This document shows, piece by piece, positions 19,427-29,899 of a stretch of DNA of 64,000 nucleotides (positions are counted from its first letter, which is position 1; each line of letters opens with the position of its first letter). Under the pieces are notes generated by a model, which was given only the letters and a program-made list of their open reading frames with translations, was not told the origin of the DNA and made no database searches. The position numbers and the translations under genes are program-made. Source of the stretch: Alphaproteobacteria bacterium (lineage in GTDB: Bacteria > Pseudomonadota > Alphaproteobacteria > UBA7887); the NCBI GenBank assembly GCA_965216755.1, contig CBDCGL010000011.1:1216001-1280000 (forward strand). Direction: 5' to 3'.

Positions 19427-20239
19427 TTACAAGGGCCGATAAAGACCGCGCTGGTTGTCGACGGCGCCAAATTTTTCAGTCACGCCAAGCACCGTTTCGG
19501 ATCCGCCAAGCAGCAGATAGCCGTCGTCCGGTAGCAATTTATGCGCCCGTTCCAAAATATCCTTCTTTGTTTCCGGGTCGAAATAGATCAGGACATTTCG
19601 GCAAAACACGATGTCGACAGGGCCAATTTTCGAGAAATCCTTGAGCAGATTTAGCTCTTCATAGCGCACCATCGCGCGAATCTCGCTGTTCACCTGCCAG
19701 GCGTCATTCTGCTGCTGGAAATACTTTACCAACATGCTCACGGGCAGCCCGCGCTGGACCTCGAACTGCGAGTAGATGCCGGCTTTGGCCTTCGCTAGCG
19801 CCTCGGTCGAAAGGTCGGTCGCAATGAATTCGATGCGGTATCCGGCGAGTTTGGCACCAAGTTCCTTGATAACCATTGCCAAGGAGTATGGCTCCTGCCC
19901 GGTCGAACAAGCCGCGCACCAAACGCGGATTTTTTTCTGGCTCGCGCGTGCTTCCGTTAAGGCGGGAACCATAACATCGCGGAACTGATCGAACGGCCGG
20001 ATATCACGAAAGAACAGAGTCTCGTTGGTTGTCATCGCATCAGTGATCTCGCGCAAAAGCGGTTCATCACCACCTTTGCGGACCGACGCGACCAGCGCAT
20101 CCATGCTATCAAGACCGCGCGTACGAACCAGAGGCATTAGCCGGGATTCGAGCAGGTAGGTCTTGTCTTCCGCCAAAACGATTCCCGATCGTTTTCGGAT
20201 TACGCCGGCAAGCAATGTAAAGTCTTCGGGTCGGATCAT
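19427..20239 (-). CDS. cheR: Chemotaxis methyltransferase CheR
   Basis: MTTNETLFFRD, VWCAACSTGQEPYS, FCRNVLIYFD. Confidence 0.95.
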   Translation of the reverse strand: MIRPEDFTLLAGVIRKRSGIVLAEDKTYLLESRLMPLVRTRGLDSMDALVASVRKGGDEPLLREITDAMTTNETLFFRDIRPFDQFRDVMVPALTEARASQKKIRVWCAACSTGQEPYSLAMVIKELGAKLAGYRIEFIATDLSTEALAKAKAGIYSQFEVQRGLPVSMLVKYFQQQNDAWQVNSEIRAMVRYEELNLLKDFSKIGPVDIVFCRNVLIYFDPETKKDILERAHKLLPDDGYLLLGGSETVLGVTEKFGAVDNQRGLYRPL

Positions 20240-21378
20240 TAGCCTGCCCTGAACGTGCGCACCAGATGCGGCGCGATATCTGATACTTGCAGGACTTTGC
20301 TGCACAAACCGGCGGTCGCCGCTGAACCTGGCATGCCCCACACCACACTTGTCGCCTCGTCCTGCGCGATCACGGTTCCATTGGCCTCGACGATATGTTT
20401 CGCACCCTTGGTTCCATCCGATCCCATCCCGGTTAGAACGACACCCAAGACGCGTCCTTTGTATACCGCGGCGAGACTGCGAAACATGGGGTCGACCGCC
20501 GGCCGACAGAAGTTCTCTGGCGGATCTTTGGTCAGCTTAATCTTAGCGTCTGTCGCACCGCCAACCACCATCATGTGGTGGTCGCCGGGCGCAACATAAA
20601 TGCGCCGTGATGTAACGCGCTCGCCATCCTCAGCTTCCGCAGCCTTGATCCCCGACACGTTCTCCAGATTTTCCGCCAGAATTTTGGTGAATGTCGGCGG
20701 CATGTGCTGGGTAATGAAGATCGGACAGGTGATTTGGCCCTTGAGCAAGCCAAAGATTGTAAACAGCGCCTGCGGGCCACCTGTCGAACTACCGATCGCC
20801 AGCACGCCGGGGATGTTCGTGGATTGCGGCCGCAGAGTGACCTTGGCACCGCTATAGAGGCCCTTGGCGGGGGCCGGGGGGGCCGCGGCGCGCGCGCGCT
20901 TGGGCAAAAGGCCGCCTTTTCGCGCTGTTGCGCCAAGGGCACGCACCTTGTCGATGAGCTCGCGTTTGAAGTCAGTTGCCTTGTGCAATGACCCTGACGA
21001 GCTTGGCTTTGTCACATATTCGGATGCGCCGATCGACAAGGCTTTGAGACTGATCGCCGCATTGCGTGCGGTCAGCGTAGACGCCATCAATACTTTCAAG
21101 TCGGGCTTTTTCTGGAGTAGCAGCGGCAACGCGGTCATGCCGTCCATGACCGGCATTTCGATATCGAGGATGACCAGCTCTACGTCATGCCGATCGAGCG
21201 CTTGGACCGCCAACTGGCCGTTGCCCACCGACGCCACGACAGCGACATCCGATTCGGCTTCCAGGTAGCGCGCGAACAACCCCCTCACGACCGCCGAATC
21301 ATCGGCGATCATCACTCGGTAGGGCCCGTCAGCACCTTCCGCGCTGGCGGTACCTCGCGCCCGTGCCGCAACGCTCAC
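20239..21378 (-). CDS. cheB: Chemotaxis methylesterase CheB (REC + esterase)
   Basis: LDIEMPVMDG; GSSTGGP, QHMP, LTGMGSDG, VWGMP. Confidence 0.96.
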   Translation of the reverse strand: MSVAARARGTASAEGADGPYRVMIADDSAVVRGLFARYLEAESDVAVVASVGNGQLAVQALDRHDVELVILDIEMPVMDGMTALPLLLQKKPDLKVLMASTLTARNAAISLKALSIGASEYVTKPSSSGSLHKATDFKRELIDKVRALGATARKGGLLPKRARAAAPPAPAKGLYSGAKVTLRPQSTNIPGVLAIGSSTGGPQALFTIFGLLKGQITCPIFITQHMPPTFTKILAENLENVSGIKAAEAEDGERVTSRRIYVAPGDHHMMVVGGATDAKIKLTKDPPENFCRPAVDPMFRSLAAVYKGRVLGVVLTGMGSDGTKGAKHIVEANGTVIAQDEATSVVWGMPGSAATAGLCSKVLQVSDIAPHLVRTFRAG

Positions 21379-21743
21379 GTAAACAGTCCTACTTGCGCGA
21401 ACTTGGACTTAATAATCTCGCTGTCGAACGGCTTCATGATGTATTCGTCAGCCCCGGTCGTTATCGCTTCTTGAATCTGTGCCATGTCGTTAATGGTTGT
21501 GCAAAAAATAACCTTTGGCTCATTGCCACCGGGTGACTTGCGAAGGTTACGCAAAAACTCAATGCCATCCATGTTCGGCATATTCCAGTCCAACAGAACA
21601 ACGTCGGGCATGCTATTCTTGCAGGCGTCCAAAGCCTTCGCGCCGTCCTCTGCTTCATCGACCAAAAACTCGAGATCCTCAAGTATGCGACGCGCGACGG
21701 TGCGAATGACCTTTGAGTCATCAACGACGAGGCAAGATTTCAT
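21375..21743 (-). CDS. cheY: Chemotaxis response regulator CheY
   Basis: VVDDS, LLDWNMP, FCTT, YIMKPFD within the che operon. Confidence 0.92.
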   Translation of the reverse strand: MKSCLVVDDSKVIRTVARRILEDLEFLVDEAEDGAKALDACKNSMPDVVLLDWNMPNMDGIEFLRNLRKSPGGNEPKVIFCTTINDMAQIQEAITTGADEYIMKPFDSEIIKSKFAQVGLFT

Positions 21744-21808
21744 GTCCCTATCCCGCCTTGTTGTACAATGCTATCCACGACTATTAACCCCTCAGCCCCG
21801 ATCGCGTT

Positions 21809-22288
21809 CTATGCGGCCGCGGCGTGATTGATATTGAGTACGCAATCGATCTCCAAAACGACCAGGAGGCTTTCGTCGAGGCGAAAGACTCCAGCCGAGA
21901 CATCACGCCATCGCGAGTCCAGATTTGCGGGAGTGGCCTCGAATCTTTCCGATGGCAGATTCAGAACCTCTCCAACCTGGTCGATCACCAGGCTGTACAG
22001 CTCACCCTGGTGTTCCACAACGATGCTCATGTTGTTTTCATCGTCGTCTCGCCGTTCAAGATGCAGGCGCTTGCGCATGTCGACCGCTGTCACGATACGC
22101 CCACGCAGGTTGAGCGACCCAGCAATCTCCGGCGGTGCCAACGGAATTTTGGCTATCTTCTGAGGTCCAAGAACATCTTGCACCGACAACACGGGCAATC
22201 CAAACAGTTGCCCTGCGATGGTCATCGTAATGTAGTCGACGCCGCCGAGGCTGGAGCCCAGCGGCCTATGCGAGTCCGGGGCGCTCAT
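21809..22288 (-). CDS. cheW: Chemotaxis coupling protein CheW
   Basis: GQLFGLPVLSVQDVL, GSLNLRGRIVT. Confidence 0.93.
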   Translation of the reverse strand: MSAPDSHRPLGSSLGGVDYITMTIAGQLFGLPVLSVQDVLGPQKIAKIPLAPPEIAGSLNLRGRIVTAVDMRKRLHLERRDDDENNMSIVVEHQGELYSLVIDQVGEVLNLPSERFEATPANLDSRWRDVSAGVFRLDESLLVVLEIDCVLNINHAAAA

Positions 22289-25026
22289 GCGGCTTCTCCC
22301 AGCATTGACAGTGTCTGATCCAGAGAGTGCATGAGGGCGTCGCGATCGAATTTTGCGACATAGTCGGCATAGCCGGCCGCCCGCCCCCGATTCACATCCT
22401 GCGGCGCGGTCCGCGCCGTCAACGCCACCATTGGCGTATCGCTCCAACGCGGATCCTTTCTACACGCGTCAGCAAATTCGAAGCCATCCATGCCGCGCAA
22501 TTCGACGTCGGTCAGGATCAGATGGAAAGTCATTCCCTCTTCCCGCAGCATCAGTGCGTCGTTCGCCGACTCAACGGCCACAACCGTATACCCCTCGGCT
22601 TCCAATAGCGGCACAAGCATGCTACGGAAAAATGGGCTTTGATCGACGACCAGCACCCGGCGCTCGGCGGCGTCTTCGACTCTCTCGCCCTGGCCCTGGT
22701 TAAACCAGTCCGGACACACGTCGGCAACGTAGTAGCCCACGTCAATAACATCAGTAGCATTACCGGCGATTAGGGCGCTGCCGATGAGTCCTTGCCGCGA
22801 ACTGTTAAGTTCGACGTCGAGGCGCGCCTCGACAATGTCGAGGATCTCATCAACAACCAATCCCATCTTGCGATGGCCTTCTGCGAAGACAAGCACGGGA
22901 CGCTTGTCGCTATCACCAAGGTCCGCGCTCTGGTCGATGGTCCCCAAAGGCATCAATTCACCGCGATATTGGACAATCGGCATTCCGCCCGAATATTCGA
23001 TGTCGCCGAGATTGACTTCCTCCAGCCGGGCAACGAGCGACAAGGGCACCGCCTTGGGTTCGTTTTGTCCCCCAGCCTTGAACAACAAGATCGAAATCAA
23101 TTCCGCCGCCGCTGCGCTGCCGCCCGGTTCGTCGGTTTCCTCAACCTGATCGGCCGAGACGCTGCTTCCGGACACGGCCGACAGACCATTCGGATCCAAT
23201 ATCATCACGACGTTTCCGTCGCCCAGGATCGTATTCCCGGAAAAGATATTGATGTCACGGAGGATTGGTGCCACGGGCTTGACCACAATCTCCTCGGTAT
23301 CGAAGACACGATCAACGATGACACCAAAGGTTTGTGCACCGACCTGAACCACGACGATGAATCGTTCGCCGCTTGACTCTTCTTGGTCTTCGCTCTTCAA
23401 CGCGAGCGCGTCGCTCAAAGACACCAGTGGCAGCAAACGATCACGAAGCCGTAGCACGGGCGTGGACTTGATTGTCTCGATCCGGTGCTCGCTGGTCTGC
23501 GAAGCACGCACAAGTTCCACAACATTAATCTGCGGAATGCAGAACCTTTCCCCGCCTGCCTCGACGATCAATGCAGACACAATGGCCAAGGTGAGCGGGA
23601 TCTTGATGACAAACTTCGACCCCTGGCCCCATGTTGATTTCATCTCAACAGTGCCACCGATCTTCTCGATATTGGTCCGGACGACATCCATGCCGACGCC
23701 ACGACCCGAAACATTGGTGACTTTCTGCGCGGTTGAAAACCCAGCCTTGAAAACGAACTGCTGAATTTGTTCATCAGACATGGCCTCGAGTTCGGACTCG
23801 GTGGCCAAACCATTTTGTACGGCCTTGTTTTTGACTTTCTCGATATTGATGCCGCGGCCGTCGTCAGCGATTTCGATGATGATATGGCCGCCTTCGTGGA
23901 AGGCGTTGAGCGTAATCGTTCCGGTTTCGGCCTTGCCGGCCTCACGACGTTCCTCGGGCCCCTCGATACCGTGGTCGCCGGAGTTCCGGACCATGTGGGT
24001 CAAGGGGTCGCGGATCAGCTCGAGCACTTGACGATCGAGCTCGGTTTCAGCCCCGATCATCTTGAGGTCGATCTTCTTGTCCAGCTCATGGGCCAGGTCG
24101 CGGACGATCCGTGGCAGCTTGGCCCACGCGTTGCCGATTGGCTGCATCCGCGTTTTCATCACGTACTCCTGGAGTTCGGTCGTGATGTGGCTAAGCCGCT
24201 GCAAGGGCGCCGTAAACTCGCTGTCCTCCAGGGTCCGAAGCATCTGGAGCAATTGATTTCGGGTCAGCACCAACTCGCTAACCGTGGTCATAAGGTCTTC
24301 CAAGAGATCGACCGTGACCCGGATGGACTGGTTGGCGACCGGCGCGCTGGCGGCATCTTTGTCGCGCACCGCCGGCGGCGTATCCGGCTTCTTTGGCGCT
24401 GGCAGATTGGAGCTTTGCGCTGTGGGCTCAGCGCTTTCCGATGGCGTTTCGGCGGTCGCGCTTTCGCTTTCGACTTCGGCCTCCTTTTGCTGAGCCATCA
24501 AGGAGTCCATGTCCTGGCCGGTCATTGCGGCGGGAACCGGAACAAATCCGAATTCATCGGGTTCCTCCAGCCCGATCCCAGCCGCGGGTTCGGCCGCCGA
24601 TGTTTGCGGCTCCGCCGCTGTCGGCGCGGCCTCGGTGGTCGGCGCCTGATCACCTTCAGCAAAGCGATCCAATCGCGAAATCAGATCCTTATCATCGCCG
24701 TCGGGTTCAGCTTCGGTTCTGCTCAGCTCGCCAAGCAACTCCTTAATTCGGTCGAGTGCCTCAAGAATCAGGCTGACGGCCTCAGGCGTGACCATCAGGG
24801 TTCGGTCACGGAATTTGCCGAGCACGTTCTCGCCCGAATGTGCCACCGCCTCAAGACGCGGTAAGCCCAGAAACCCGCAGGTTCCCTTGATCGTATGGAC
24901 CAACCTAAAAATGTTTGAGATCAGATCGGGATCATTTGGATCTTGCTCAAGCTTCACAAGCTCGACATCAAGCTGGTCAAGACTTTCCGTTGTTTCAGTT
25001 AGAAATTCGCTCAGCAGGTCGTCCAC
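22285..25026 (-). CDS. cheA: Hybrid chemotaxis kinase CheA (Hpt-HATPase-2xCheW-REC)
   Basis: FRLVHTIKG, HMVRNSGDHG, DDGRG, GFSTA...SGRGVGMDVV, C-terminal receiver; GTG start after GGAGG. Confidence 0.95.
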   Translation of the reverse strand: MDDLLSEFLTETTESLDQLDVELVKLEQDPNDPDLISNIFRLVHTIKGTCGFLGLPRLEAVAHSGENVLGKFRDRTLMVTPEAVSLILEALDRIKELLGELSRTEAEPDGDDKDLISRLDRFAEGDQAPTTEAAPTAAEPQTSAAEPAAGIGLEEPDEFGFVPVPAAMTGQDMDSLMAQQKEAEVESESATAETPSESAEPTAQSSNLPAPKKPDTPPAVRDKDAASAPVANQSIRVTVDLLEDLMTTVSELVLTRNQLLQMLRTLEDSEFTAPLQRLSHITTELQEYVMKTRMQPIGNAWAKLPRIVRDLAHELDKKIDLKMIGAETELDRQVLELIRDPLTHMVRNSGDHGIEGPEERREAGKAETGTITLNAFHEGGHIIIEIADDGRGINIEKVKNKAVQNGLATESELEAMSDEQIQQFVFKAGFSTAQKVTNVSGRGVGMDVVRTNIEKIGGTVEMKSTWGQGSKFVIKIPLTLAIVSALIVEAGGERFCIPQINVVELVRASQTSEHRIETIKSTPVLRLRDRLLPLVSLSDALALKSEDQEESSGERFIVVVQVGAQTFGVIVDRVFDTEEIVVKPVAPILRDINIFSGNTILGDGNVVMILDPNGLSAVSGSSVSADQVEETDEPGGSAAAAELISILLFKAGGQNEPKAVPLSLVARLEEVNLGDIEYSGGMPIVQYRGELMPLGTIDQSADLGDSDKRPVLVFAEGHRKMGLVVDEILDIVEARLDVELNSSRQGLIGSALIAGNATDVIDVGYYVADVCPDWFNQGQGERVEDAAERRVLVVDQSPFFRSMLVPLLEAEGYTVVAVESANDALMLREEGMTFHLILTDVELRGMDGFEFADACRKDPRWSDTPMVALTARTAPQDVNRGRAAGYADYVAKFDRDALMHSLDQTLSMLGEAA

Positions 25027-25231
25027 TTGGCCCTCCAACCGGCACCTATTCGTACCGGGTTACCACCTATCTTGCCCGGCGTAATCGCATGCACCGGCAA
25101 AGCCCGGGCACGGAGCACGGAGCTCAAGATTTATGTAGAACTGTCGATCGGATCGGGTAGAACCGTTCATTCGAGAATCGTTCTGCGGCTTCATCGCCAA
25201 AGACTCCGCAGTTTCTTGTCATGGCCACCGA

Positions 25232-25420
25232 ATGAACCCTGAAAATTTCACGCCGGGAGCCTTTGTGCGTCACCCGAAAGAGCCGGACTGGGGTCTTGGA
25301 CAGGTTCAGTCGGTCATCGGCCGCCGCGTCACTGTGAACTTTGAGAATGCCGGGAAAGTCTTAATAAATATTGGCGAGGTCACACTGATAACCGTCGATC
25401 CAGAGGACCTGGATTTTTGA
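25232..25420 (+). CDS. DUF3553 family small SH3-like protein
   Basis: PG.FVRHP..PDWGLGQVQS.IG.RVTVNFENAGK. Confidence 0.8.
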   Translation: MNPENFTPGAFVRHPKEPDWGLGQVQSVIGRRVTVNFENAGKVLINIGEVTLITVDPEDLDF

Positions 25421-25674
25421 TCGCGCAACTTGGCGCCGTGCACCTTCCGACATTGCCTTAAGGTGGTACGTATCCGCGTACAGCCGCGGCCGTGATGCCC
25501 TCTAGCGCCGATCTTATTATCCAGTATACTGAGCGGTATATTTGGCGGTATATAACCGTTCAACGGCACCGTTGGGCCGTGGTATCGGCGCCGCAAGGCT
25601 CAGGTTATGCAAATAGCGCTAGAACGCGACAAGACCCACAAGGGTGCAAGATGGGCCACCAGGGAACGACGACA

Positions 25675-26664
25675 ATGATTGATCCATTCGGCCGAAAAAT
25701 CAGTTACTTACGCGTCTCAGTAACGGATCGGTGTGATTTCCGGTGTGCCTATTGCATGGCCGAGAACATGACCTTTCTGCCCAAGTCCGAGGTCTTGTCT
25801 CTGGAAGAGCTGGATCGCTTGTGCAGCACTTTTGTTGATCTAGGCGTACGAAAGCTGCGTCTCACCGGTGGTGAACCGCTGGTGCGAAAAAATATCCTTA
25901 CCCTAATACAAAGCCTTGGCCGGCATTTGCACAGCGGCGCATTGGACGAGCTGACATTGACGACAAATGGCAGCCAATTGGCGCGATACGCCGATGATTT
26001 GGTCGCTGCGGGCGTGCGTCGGATCAATGTATCGGTCGATACGCTGGTGCCGGAAAAATTCGCGGCCATTACGCGCTGGGGCCGATTGGATAAAGTATTG
26101 CAAGGCCTTGAGGTGGCCAAAAAGGCCGGGCTGTCGATAAAGATCAATGCGGTCGCTTTGAAAGGGATCAATGAAGACGAGATCGACGATATGGTTGGCT
26201 GGTGCGGCAATCAGGGCTTTGATTTGACGCTTATCGAAACCATGCCGATGGGCGACATCTCGGACGACCGAACTGATCAGTACCTTCCCTTGTCGCTGGT
26301 CAGAAGTCGCCTCAAGCGGCGCTGGACATTGACAGATATCGACTACCGCACCGGCGGACCCGCGCGCTATATGCGCATCGAAGAAACCGGTGGCAAATTG
26401 GGCTTTATTACACCATTGACACACAATTTCTGTGAATCGTGCAATCGCGTACGCCTGACCTGCACGGGTACACTTTATATGTGCTTGGGCCAAGACGACG
26501 CGGCTGACTTGCGCGCACCTTTGCGGGCTAGTGAAAGTAACGATCTACTTGTCGGGGCCATTCGGGCCGCAATCGATCGGAAGCCAAAAGGCCACGATTT
26601 TGTCATCGATCGCCGCGGCCGCGGGCCGGCAGTACAACGACACATGAGTGTCACGGGTGGCTAG
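25675..26664 (+). CDS. moaA: GTP 3',8-cyclase MoaA
   Basis: [34 protein letters not shown]-terminal MSVTGG. Confidence 0.97.
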   Translation: MIDPFGRKISYLRVSVTDRCDFRCAYCMAENMTFLPKSEVLSLEELDRLCSTFVDLGVRKLRLTGGEPLVRKNILTLIQSLGRHLHSGALDELTLTTNGSQLARYADDLVAAGVRRINVSVDTLVPEKFAAITRWGRLDKVLQGLEVAKKAGLSIKINAVALKGINEDEIDDMVGWCGNQGFDLTLIETMPMGDISDDRTDQYLPLSLVRSRLKRRWTLTDIDYRTGGPARYMRIEETGGKLGFITPLTHNFCESCNRVRLTCTGTLYMCLGQDDAADLRAPLRASESNDLLVGAIRAAIDRKPKGHDFVIDRRGRGPAVQRHMSVTGG

Positions 26665-26726
26665 TCGCGAGAGTGGATCACGAGTTTTTCCCCTCGGTTG
26701 AGCGGCTGGTGCAATAAATGCCGAGA

Positions 26727-27485
26727 ATGCAAATTCGATTTGTCGCCTCGGACCAGGGGCCGGCCGTTGAAGCGTCGGCCAAGCTTATCGCGCGCTACGG
26801 CAATGCCGCATCCGACCGGGCCGACGTCATCGTCGCGCTCGGTGGCGACGGCCTCATGCTGCACACCCTGCATGACTTCATGGATCGAAATCTACCGATA
26901 TACGGCATGAATCAGGGCACGGTGGGCTTCCTCATGAACAGCTATCGTGAGGACGACTTGGTCGAGCGAATCCAGGCGGCCCGCGAAACGACTTTGTGCC
27001 CATTGCGGATGACGGCCATCGCTGTCGACGGCTCGCGCGCGCAGGGGTTGGCGATCAATGAGGTGTCGTTGCTGCGACAAACCCGCTATGCGGCAAAAAT
27101 CCGTATTTCGATTGACGGCCGTGTCCGATTGCACGAATTGATTTGCGATGGCGCCATGGTGGCAACGCCGGCCGGAAGCACTGCGTACAACCTGTCGGCA
27201 CATGGACCGATCCTTCCATTGGAATCCAAATTGCTGGCACTAACACCCATCTGCGCGTTTCGCCCGCGTCGTTGGCGCGGCGCTCTGCTGCCAGAATCCG
27301 CTGTCATTCGGTTTGAAGTCTTGGAACCGGAAATCAGGCAAGTCAGCGCAACGGCCGATTATACTGAAGCACGCCACGTTCGTTCGGTGGACATAGAGCA
27401 AGACAGAGGGAAGACACTTCGGCTCTTGTTCGATCCAGAGCATGATTTGGAAGAGCGGATCGTGGCCGAGCAATTCATTCCTTAG
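26727..27485 (+). CDS. nadK: NAD kinase
   Basis: [33 protein letters not shown]. Confidence 0.93.
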   Translation: MQIRFVASDQGPAVEASAKLIARYGNAASDRADVIVALGGDGLMLHTLHDFMDRNLPIYGMNQGTVGFLMNSYREDDLVERIQAARETTLCPLRMTAIAVDGSRAQGLAINEVSLLRQTRYAAKIRISIDGRVRLHELICDGAMVATPAGSTAYNLSAHGPILPLESKLLALTPICAFRPRRWRGALLPESAVIRFEVLEPEIRQVSATADYTEARHVRSVDIEQDRGKTLRLLFDPEHDLEERIVAEQFIP

Positions 27486-27570
27486 ACTGCGCGGGCTGCA
27501 CGGTTGCTAGCGCATTCGCGCCTGGACGTGGCGCACATATCATCCTTGATTATCGAGAAAGGAACTGCCG

Positions 27571-28338
27571 ATGGATCTCAAGACTTGCCATGCCGTCGTA
27601 ACGGGCGGCGCGTCTGGCTTAGGTGCCGCGACGGGAGCCGCAATCGTCGCGGCCGGCGGCAGAGCGACATTGCTTGACCGCGATGCCGAACATGGTCAGG
27701 CGGTGGCGGCGGAGCTTGGCGACGGAGCGCGTTTTCGACAGGCCGACGTCACTGACGAAGCCGATATCACACGGGCCATCGCTGAATCAATCGGGGCCTT
27801 TGGACCGCTGACCTTGGCCGTGAATTGCGCGGGGGTGGCGACGCCGGGACGGATCGTTGGCCGCGATGGACCGCTCGCTCTGGATACCTACAAAACGGTG
27901 ATCATGATCAATTTGATCGGAACATTCAACGTGCTCAAGGCGGCAGCGACCGTCATGCAGGGCAACGAGCCGGATCAGGAGGGCGGCCGGGGCGTGATTG
28001 TCAACACGGCTTCGGTCGCGGCCTACGAAGGTCAAATCGGCCAAGCAGCCTACGCATCTTCCAAGGGCGGCGTGGTCGGCCTAACTTTGCCGGCAGCACG
28101 GGAACTAGCCCGGTTCGGAATCCGCGTCGTCACCATTGCACCCGGCTTGTTCCTGACGCCGATGATGCGTGGCCTTCCGGAAGATGTGCAACAGTCTCTA
28201 GCGGCGGGAACGCCATTTCCGAAACGTTTGGGGACGTCGGAGGAGTATGCCGCGCTTGTCGAGACGATCTACACAAACGCTATGCTCAATGGCACCACCA
28301 TTCGCCTTGACGGCGCGGTCAGATTGGCTGAACGTTAG
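27571..28338 (+). CDS. SDR family 3-hydroxyacyl-CoA dehydrogenase (type II)
   Basis: TGGASGLG, NCAG, NTASVAAYEGQIGQAAYASSK, IRLDGA. Confidence 0.9.
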   Translation: MDLKTCHAVVTGGASGLGAATGAAIVAAGGRATLLDRDAEHGQAVAAELGDGARFRQADVTDEADITRAIAESIGAFGPLTLAVNCAGVATPGRIVGRDGPLALDTYKTVIMINLIGTFNVLKAAATVMQGNEPDQEGGRGVIVNTASVAAYEGQIGQAAYASSKGGVVGLTLPAARELARFGIRVVTIAPGLFLTPMMRGLPEDVQQSLAAGTPFPKRLGTSEEYAALVETIYTNAMLNGTTIRLDGAVRLAER

Positions 28339-28385
28339 CCGCCGTGGATGACATGGACGACTTAAGTTAGGCGGCGCCAGGGGAG

Positions 28386-29180
28386 TTGCGGGTTGCAGAC
28401 TCGGTTCTTTGCGAAACAAACGATGGCATCGCATACGTAACTTTTAACAAGCCAGACCGCATTAATGCATTCGATGCGGATATGGCGCGTGCGCTCCGTG
28501 AAGTCATGATGACAATCGAGTATGACTCGGAGGCACGCGCCGTCGTGCTGCGCGGATCCGGCGATGGTTTCATGGCCGGCGGCGATGTAAGCTCGTTTCA
28601 CGCACACCTTTCCCGCGATATCGAACGCTACATTGTAGAAATCACGCACGAACTTCACGCCGCGGTTATTTCACTACGGCGGATGCCAAAACCTGTTGTC
28701 GCCAGCGTCCATGGCGCGTGCGCCGGCGCTGGTTTTTCAATTGCAATGGCAAGCGATTTGGTCATTGCCGCCGATAATGCCGCTTTTACCGTCGCATACG
28801 CGCGCATCGGCGCCAGCCCTGACGGTTCATCGACTTTTTTCTTGCCGCGTCTCGTCGGCTTCCACAGGGCGATGGAATTGATCATGTTGAGCGATCGCTA
28901 TGATGCGGAGTTCATGCAATCGATAGGATTGATCAATTGGGTCGTTCCAATCGCAGAACTCGAAGCAGAGACGGAGAACATCGCATCGCGTCTCGCGAAT
29001 GGACCGACGGCCGCATTCGCAAGGTCGAAAGAGTTGATCGGCCGATCGTTGGCATCCAGTCTGGAATCGCAGCTTGACGCGGAGGCCCAGAGCATTTCGG
29101 CCAGCGGTACGTCGCAAGATTTTTCTGAGGGTGTTCGCGCATTTCTTGAGAAACGCCGACCTAACTTTGTCGGGCGCTAG
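28386..29180 (+). CDS. Enoyl-CoA hydratase/isomerase (PaaG-like)
   Basis: FMAGGD, PKPVVASVHGACAGAG, IGASPDG, EGVRAFLEKR. Confidence 0.9.
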   Translation: MRVADSVLCETNDGIAYVTFNKPDRINAFDADMARALREVMMTIEYDSEARAVVLRGSGDGFMAGGDVSSFHAHLSRDIERYIVEITHELHAAVISLRRMPKPVVASVHGACAGAGFSIAMASDLVIAADNAAFTVAYARIGASPDGSSTFFLPRLVGFHRAMELIMLSDRYDAEFMQSIGLINWVVPIAELEAETENIASRLANGPTAAFARSKELIGRSLASSLESQLDAEAQSISASGTSQDFSEGVRAFLEKRRPNFVGR

Positions 29181-29224
29181 AACCGTGTCCGACAATATTG
29201 AATCAATTCTGTTCGCGGCCCGGC
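29177..29224. repeat. Truncated MITE-like element, copy 2 (left end only)
   Basis: ctagaaccgtgtccgacaatattgaatcaattctgttcgcggcccggc nearly identical to 10820-10867. Confidence 0.8.
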
Positions 29225-29261
29225 TTTTCAATCCAATTTTGGTGATGCGTGCGCAATGTGG

Positions 29262-29849
29262 TCACTCAGCGATTGGTTGGCGGATTGTGAAAGCGCCGCG
29301 TATATCCCCGACTGCGAACCCCCGGGCCAGATCGTTGGGATACAGTTCATCGATCGCCGCAGCCAAGTCGGGGGCGAGCTGTTGACCATGGCATGTTAGG
29401 CAAACAGACTGAGTTGGAATTGGTTTCATGTATCGAAATTCGGACTTGCCATCAACGTGAACGATTTCCGCTTTTTCTAGCGCCGAGATCTCGGCGCCGG
29501 CCGCAACTTGATCTTCGAAAGCCGTTAGCACCGACGTCTCCCACGCATCCGGCGCGTTGTCGGGATTGCGATATTTCAAACTCGTACGGCCCACCTGCCA
29601 TCCATGCGTGAGCGATATGTCGTTGGCAACGGCTGGTGCCGCCGTGTTGCAAACGCGAATAGCGTTGATAGGTCCGCCCTTGCCCATTGCGGACACAAGG
29701 TGTTCTTTCAGAGTTTCCGCGAACGCGCGTGCAACCGTTCGACTGGCCGCGATGCGTGATTCCAACTCGTCGCCCGCGTCGTCCGCCGCGGCGGCGGTGG
29801 CTCCAAGGGCCAGCCGAAACACCACAAAAAGACACAACAGATATTTCAT
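29262..29849 (-). CDS. DUF3365/Tll0287-like secreted c-type heme protein
   Basis: Signal peptide, RTSLKYRNPDNAPD.WE, FRYMKPI...CLTCHG, GDIRGAF. Confidence 0.85.
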   Translation of the reverse strand: MKYLLCLFVVFRLALGATAAAADDAGDELESRIAASRTVARAFAETLKEHLVSAMGKGGPINAIRVCNTAAPAVANDISLTHGWQVGRTSLKYRNPDNAPDAWETSVLTAFEDQVAAGAEISALEKAEIVHVDGKSEFRYMKPIPTQSVCLTCHGQQLAPDLAAAIDELYPNDLARGFAVGDIRGAFTIRQPIAE

Positions 29850-29899
29850 ATCTTTTTCGCCCCCGCAGTCTTGGAAACAGACCTATCCAACGCTCCACT

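Noticed and set aside
23767-24864. 365-aa + strand ORF and many other long antisense ORFs
   Set aside because: Shadow frames of well-supported genes (cheA, glyS, ppdK, istA, DHOR), common at high GC
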